DNA from: a virus | Reading direction: 5' to 3' (one strand) | Length of the DNA: 64,000 bases | IMG/VR virus record: IMGVR_UViG_3300045988_181996 | Shown: piece by piece, positions 59,142-64,000 of the stretch | Position numbering within the stretch: the stretch's first letter is position 1 | Layout of the letters: each line of letters opens with the position of its first letter | The notes under the pieces: model-generated | The model's input: the letters and a program-made list of their open reading frames with translations, nothing else | The model's database searches: none | What the model was told of the DNA's origin: nothing | Translations under genes and position numbers: made by a program

Positions 59142-61267
59142 TATAATATACTATCTAAATAAATGTAATCTAAACTTGTATCAGTTTCAACATAAAATGC
59201 ACCTTTATCATTTGCTAATTCTTTTGCCCAAATTTGATTTAAATTAAAATAATCTGTTAATTTAGACACACGATTTTTATATAAATCAATCATTACAAAT
59301 TTAAGTTCATCTTCAGTTGCTGTTTTTCCATCAATTAAATCATCTGCAACATTTTTTGTTCTATTACGATATTGCGTTAATATATTAATTAAACGTTCAG
59401 CATTAACATTATTAGACTCTGTGAATACCACATCAATATTTGAACCTGAAGTAGCTATAGCATCAAAAATAGTAGGTGCTATTTGTTGCATTTTACTTAA
59501 TCCATGAAACATGATAACATCACCATTTTCTAAAGAGGGTAACAATACATTCAAATAAGCTAATCCCATTATATTTAATGACGGATTATTCTGTGTACCA
59601 GATGCACCAATAGCCATGTTTGATAAATCAACAACTTTATATTGTTTAGAAACTAAATCATCAATAATAGGATCTGTACGAACATTTAAAGCAGAAATTT
59701 CAATTAAAATATTATTTTTAATAATATGCTCAAGTTCTTGAATAACTTTTCGTTCTTCTAATGACTCAGCCGATAATTTAGCTTGTGAAACATATTGTGA
59801 AAAATCACTTATAGTTTTAATACTGTCATGATTTGCAAATAAACGTAAATCACTTAAATTAGACTTCGCATTTGTTTGCCAATAACGTTCTTTAATAAAA
59901 AATGATATTAAAATCTTTTTAGTAATTTGAGCAAATTCATCTGTGACATTGACATCAGATATATCCCTAAATTGAGATAATAAAATAATAATATTATTTA
60001 AATGTGTACTAAAAAAGTTAACCGTACGTTCATCATTATCTGAAAATGTACTTGGTTTAATAGCTTCAATAATATTTAATAAACCTTTTGCTACGTCAAC
60101 AGCACACATACGTTTATCTTTAATAGGCATTTTTGTTAAATCTGTTGCATTTTTTGAAGTATTAACCACAAAATGTAATACACGTTTACCTTGTAATAAG
60201 TAAGCACGACTAACAACTTTACTTAAATAAATTTCACTGCTTTCATCAAAAACACCATTACGAGTATAAGTTTTACCTAAAGTATCATTACCTACGAATA
60301 ATGATTTTGAATTAATAAAATTATAAGCAGCATGAGATTTAATAAGCTTACCTACAGAATAACCAACATATTCTGAACCTGGATTTCTATCACCACCTGA
60401 ATCAACATATAATGCAGACACAGCAGCTTCATCAGCAGTCATTTCATAAAATAAACCTTTATGACCACTAAGTTTATTTGGTCCATAAGCAATAAATGGA
60501 TAAAGTTGTTTGTTTACATCTAATCTCCATTGCATACCACGAGTTTCATCATTAACTTTTAAATAGTTTGAAACATCGTTAACAGCCTTTTCCAATTTAA
60601 TTTCAGTAGGGGCAGTTACAATTAATTCTGCACCAAAATTTAGAACTACATTACCTTCATCTAAAGAATTTAAAAGTGATGCATCGTGAGACAACGCTTT
60701 AGTACGATCTTTAACTTTACTTTCTTTATTTGAACCAAATATAGTAATTCGTTTACGTCCATTAATATCTTTTCTAGCTTGTGTTTCATCTTTTGCTTGG
60801 AAAGACCTAACACTTGTTATTTTAATATCTCTATCTAAAATATTACTTTGAGTAATATCCCATAATATTTTCGACCATGCAAGAGACATATCATTAGTTT
60901 GTGAAATTGTCATAACTAATTTTAAAATTGCACTATAGGCTTTTGCATGTGGACTTACTTCATATTTATTTCCACCTGCATGTCTCATATTATACATTGT
61001 TGTATGTGTAGACGAAGTTGCACTTAAAAAATTAGTTTTCCTAATCATTTTATGTTCAACTAATTTCTCAGCACTGTTTGTAGGTACAGTAATTAATTTG
61101 TTTTTTCTTTTTTTGTCTTTTAACTTAGAAAGTTGCCTTTTGTTTTGTCGTAAACTTTTTGTTGTTTTGTTTACAGGTTTTTTTGTTGTAGTTTTCTTTT
61201 TTATTTGAGTACTACTTTTAGGGCTAGTCTTTCTGTTTTTTGTATTTTGTTTAGACTTTTTCATCAA
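59141..61267 (-). CDS. hypothetical 708 aa with Lys-rich N-terminal tail, no P-loop
   Basis: Overlaps the downstream gene by 1 nt. No Walker A found. Confidence 0.5.
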   Translation of the reverse strand: MMKKSKQNTKNRKTSPKSSTQIKKKTTTKKPVNKTTKSLRQNKRQLSKLKDKKRKNKLITVPTNSAEKLVEHKMIRKTNFLSATSSTHTTMYNMRHAGGNKYEVSPHAKAYSAILKLVMTISQTNDMSLAWSKILWDITQSNILDRDIKITSVRSFQAKDETQARKDINGRKRITIFGSNKESKVKDRTKALSHDASLLNSLDEGNVVLNFGAELIVTAPTEIKLEKAVNDVSNYLKVNDETRGMQWRLDVNKQLYPFIAYGPNKLSGHKGLFYEMTADEAAVSALYVDSGGDRNPGSEYVGYSVGKLIKSHAAYNFINSKSLFVGNDTLGKTYTRNGVFDESSEIYLSKVVSRAYLLQGKRVLHFVVNTSKNATDLTKMPIKDKRMCAVDVAKGLLNIIEAIKPSTFSDNDERTVNFFSTHLNNIIILLSQFRDISDVNVTDEFAQITKKILISFFIKERYWQTNAKSNLSDLRLFANHDSIKTISDFSQYVSQAKLSAESLEERKVIQELEHIIKNNILIEISALNVRTDPIIDDLVSKQYKVVDLSNMAIGASGTQNNPSLNIMGLAYLNVLLPSLENGDVIMFHGLSKMQQIAPTIFDAIATSGSNIDVVFTESNNVNAERLINILTQYRNRTKNVADDLIDGKTATEDELKFVMIDLYKNRVSKLTDYFNLNQIWAKELANDKGAFYVETDTSLDYIYLDSIL

Positions 61268-61467
61268 GAAATGTTTTCCTTTCTCTATAATTAAATACCA
61301 TATATTAAATTATGGTTTTAAAAAATAATTTAACTATAATAACTAATATAGTTAATTAAATTACAACTTATTATAACATATTTTTTTAGATTAAACAAGT
61401 CAATAAAACAAAAAAGATAAGCTATATAACTATAACTTATCTTTTAAACTTTTTAATTTAAATGTGA

Positions 61468-62541
61468 CTAATCTTCAAACGAATCATCTTCATCACTTTC
61501 TTCTTTTAATGATTCAGCGTACATTTTACCTTCTTCATAAATAATCATTGCATTTTCATCTTTTTCAGCATTATTTGATAACACCGTACCAGATTCAAAC
61601 TCTAAACCAAATTCTTTAGCAGTTTCAACTTGTTGATCCAACATTTCACGAATATCTTTAGATAATAAATAATAGTAATATGATGCATATTTGAAGTTTT
61701 GATTCATACTAATTAATATCTCAGCATCATCATTTAATGCTTCCAATGTATCATCATCTAAACGATGAATTAATGGAATATATTTATCACGATTCATATC
61801 ATGAATTTCTTGTAAATCAATTGCAGAGTCTTGCATATCTCTTATTAACTCGATATGGTTTTTAGAAATTTTACTATATTTAAGTAATTCTGTTTCAATT
61901 TCTTCACCTTTTTCAGTTAATGATTTATTCATTTCTTCTAATATTGCATTACTATTTTCTAATTTATCTCTTGTTTCCTCAAGTTTAAGTTTATGGTTTT
62001 TCAATTCTTCAATTTCATGTGTCAAAGTATTAACTTGTTCTTGTAATGTAGCTTTTTCATCACTTAATTTTTTTAATGTCTCTGTATCTTTTCGTTGTTG
62101 TTCTTGTGCTTGTTTAATAACTAATTGCATTTCTTTTGCATTTTCATTTATTTCACTTAATTGTTTATCAACGTTATCAGTTCTTTGTGAAATTTGATTA
62201 TAATATTCATTAGCTGTATCTAATTCTTCAGATGCATAAATTAGTTTTTCTTTTAATATATTATTATTTTGATACAGCATATTAACATCAGCCACATACA
62301 TTGTTAAAATTTTATTAACATCATCTTCCGTCATAAAATTTAAAATTTCATCACGTTTTAATTTTGCATTTTTTATAACTGTTTTAACATCTTTATGTGT
62401 AACTAATGATTCTGAAACATTAGGTATAATACTACCATTTTCAATATCTTCAACATCTAATTCCAATGTATTACTAATATTTAAATCTTCAAAACTATCT
62501 AATTCTAGTTCACCTAAACTATTTAAATTTAATTCTTCCAT
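61468..62541 (-). CDS. acidic coiled-coil protein 357 aa
   Basis: Long heptad region. Confidence 0.5.
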   Translation of the reverse strand: MEELNLNSLGELELDSFEDLNISNTLELDVEDIENGSIIPNVSESLVTHKDVKTVIKNAKLKRDEILNFMTEDDVNKILTMYVADVNMLYQNNNILKEKLIYASEELDTANEYYNQISQRTDNVDKQLSEINENAKEMQLVIKQAQEQQRKDTETLKKLSDEKATLQEQVNTLTHEIEELKNHKLKLEETRDKLENSNAILEEMNKSLTEKGEEIETELLKYSKISKNHIELIRDMQDSAIDLQEIHDMNRDKYIPLIHRLDDDTLEALNDDAEILISMNQNFKYASYYYYLLSKDIREMLDQQVETAKEFGLEFESGTVLSNNAEKDENAMIIYEEGKMYAESLKEESDEDDSFED

Positions 62542-62553
62542 TTTTTGTCTATC

Positions 62554-63447
62554 CTATAACACATAACTATAACTATTAGTTAACGGTATCCTTTCATCAA
62601 TATTTTTTTCTTTGGCACTTTTTATTAAATTATTAATATAATTTTTAATAATCTCTTTTGTTTTTTCTTCAATTATTTTCTTTTCATTAATATCTTCTTC
62701 AATTGTTGTTACTTTTTCTTCAACATCTTCTTTTGTAACTGGTTCTTCAATTATTTTAGAAGTATCAACAACATCATTTTCAACAATTGTTTCTACAACA
62801 TCTTTATTTGGTGTTTTATTAACAACATTCTCAACAATAGTTTCTTTCGGTTTTTCTTGTACTATTGTTTCTTTTGTAATATTAGAAGATTTTACATCAT
62901 CTTTAATCTCAGTATCTTTTTCAATAACTTTAGATACTTCCTCAATTCTATCTTCTAATTGTTGATTAATTTTTAATTCATCTAATTTAGATTTGTGAGA
63001 TACAATTCTATTTTCTAATGCTGACAATTGTTCAATAAATGAAATATTTTTAATTTCATAATCACGAGTAGGGTTAATAGTTTCCACTAAATCAGAAACA
63101 ACCTCATGTACCATATCTTCTTTTGAAGTTTTATGTACTGTTTCAATTATATCAACTACAATATCTTTAAGCTCACCTTCAATATTTAATCCTGATGAAT
63201 TTTTAGAAAACATAACTTGTGTAGTACCTAATAAATACTGTCTATAATCGTCTGCTAATAATTCAGCTTTATCATCTTGATAACTTTCAAATACTTCTTT
63301 AAATTCTTTTTCAATAATATCTCTAGGAATATTATCGTTATTTACATATTTTATTAATTCACTATTTTCATTTTTTAATTTCTGTGAAATTGCATAAACT
63401 TTTAAATCCATTAATAATTTCCTTTCTGGGTTTACCCCTTTATACAT
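62554..63447 (-). CDS. coiled-coil / acidic repeat protein 297 aa
   Basis: ORF. Confidence 0.5.
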   Translation of the reverse strand: MYKGVNPERKLLMDLKVYAISQKLKNENSELIKYVNNDNIPRDIIEKEFKEVFESYQDDKAELLADDYRQYLLGTTQVMFSKNSSGLNIEGELKDIVVDIIETVHKTSKEDMVHEVVSDLVETINPTRDYEIKNISFIEQLSALENRIVSHKSKLDELKINQQLEDRIEEVSKVIEKDTEIKDDVKSSNITKETIVQEKPKETIVENVVNKTPNKDVVETIVENDVVDTSKIIEEPVTKEDVEEKVTTIEEDINEKKIIEEKTKEIIKNYINNLIKSAKEKNIDERIPLTNSYSYVL

Positions 63448-63511
63448 TATAGAACATATTATATCACATAATTACACTAAAAACAAGTAATATTAAAAAA
63501 AAAGTAAGAGA

Positions 63512-63910
63512 TTAACTCTTACTTTCTTCTGTTTTTATTTCTACACGTTTTTCTTCTGAAAATTTATCTAATGGTAATTCTTTGTTTAATATTTGGCTAT
63601 AATTATACAATTCGCTATATTTTGTAAATCTTAATTGATTTAATGTATTCAATTTACTAATTAAATCATTCGTATTTTGTAAAAGTATTGGGAACTCTTT
63701 AGCACCTATAGATGTATCTTTTGATTTTTCACTTTGATAATCTTTTACCGTATATTTTTTATTTTTGATGATTAAACCAACATCGATTTCTTCAATAGGT
63801 TTAACTTCTCTAATATATTTATCTGCAACAGTTACTAAAGAATCATCTTCAACATTTTTCAAGACCATATTATCATCAACAAATTTTTTCATATCGTTAT
63901 ATGTTTTCAT
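63512..63910 (-). CDS. hypothetical 132 aa
   Basis: ORF. Another minus-strand ORF continues past the window end. Confidence 0.45.
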   Translation of the reverse strand: MKTYNDMKKFVDDNMVLKNVEDDSLVTVADKYIREVKPIEEIDVGLIIKNKKYTVKDYQSEKSKDTSIGAKEFPILLQNTNDLISKLNTLNQLRFTKYSELYNYSQILNKELPLDKFSEEKRVEIKTEESKS

Positions 63911-64000
63911 TAATTTAATATCACTTACTTCTAATCGTTCCTCATTAATTTTATAAATATTTAATTCATCTTCTAAACTTTTCTTAGCTTGTTCTATTAC

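Noticed and set aside
59141-61267. VirB4/TraE ATPase call for the 708-aa protein
   Set aside because: No Walker A/B motif anywhere in the protein. Left as hypothetical.
1-64000. Mollicute (TGA=Trp) origin suggested by the very low GC
   Set aside because: Every Trp codon checked is TGG, kb-long ORFs are not interrupted by TGA, and a protein carries an LPQTG sortase signal, so this is the standard code in a walled Gram-positive

Overview
The window is about 27% GC and reads as a low-GC Gram-positive replicon using the standard genetic code. Trp is always TGG, multi-kb ORFs are not broken by TGA, and one surface protein ends in an LPQTG sortase signal, so this is not a TGA=Trp mollicute. The gene content looks like a large conjugative plasmid or ICE. 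No rRNA, tRNA or CRISPR was found.

(1) 38-1433: an IS200/IS605-type TnpB with a small ribbon-helix-helix gene overlapping its start, followed by a GC-richer non-coding block (1540-2100).

(2) 2151-9503: a tandem array of seven co-oriented paralogous cytoplasmic proteins built from shuffled modules ('YNxxxxNYDIISTxPDYKGxEY...SCDKxG' and a C-terminal 'EEFVxVMNELN...G[LM]ER').

(3) 9970-16610: flotillin (SPFH), a second TnpB, signal peptidase I, a ribbon-helix-helix protein, membrane proteins and a putative Rep gene abutting a 13-bp iteron array.

(4) 17072-25999: a plus-strand cluster of small genes with strong RBSs, including three SSB paralogs and an RNase H. Most are preceded by a recurring hairpin motif (TTAGGCTTCGCCTAA / ACCCTTTAA), which resembles a plasmid leading region.

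(5) 26000-27250: a second iteron array, a second iteron type, an AT-rich stretch, paired palindromes around CCTACGT, and a C8/G7 inverted-repeat element. This is a candidate oriV/oriT.

(6) 27251-63910: minus-strand transfer and surface operons.
- topoisomerase III
- ClpA/B-type double AAA+ ATPase
- MOBP relaxase with the HxDxxHxHxH motif
- P-loop primase/helicase-like NTPase
- VirD4-like coupling protein
- VirB6-like polytopic membrane protein and a small pilin-like protein
- three large secreted proteins: an LPXTG repeat adhesin, a 1236-aa protein with a C-terminal metzincin HEIGHxxGLxHD domain, and a 1092-aa protein
- a SecA-paralog ATPase (778 aa) embedded in the operon

No P-loop VirB4 is recognisable. 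The SecA paralog inside a T4SS-like surface-protein operon, the modular paralog array, and the hairpin-promoter leading region are the most notable items.
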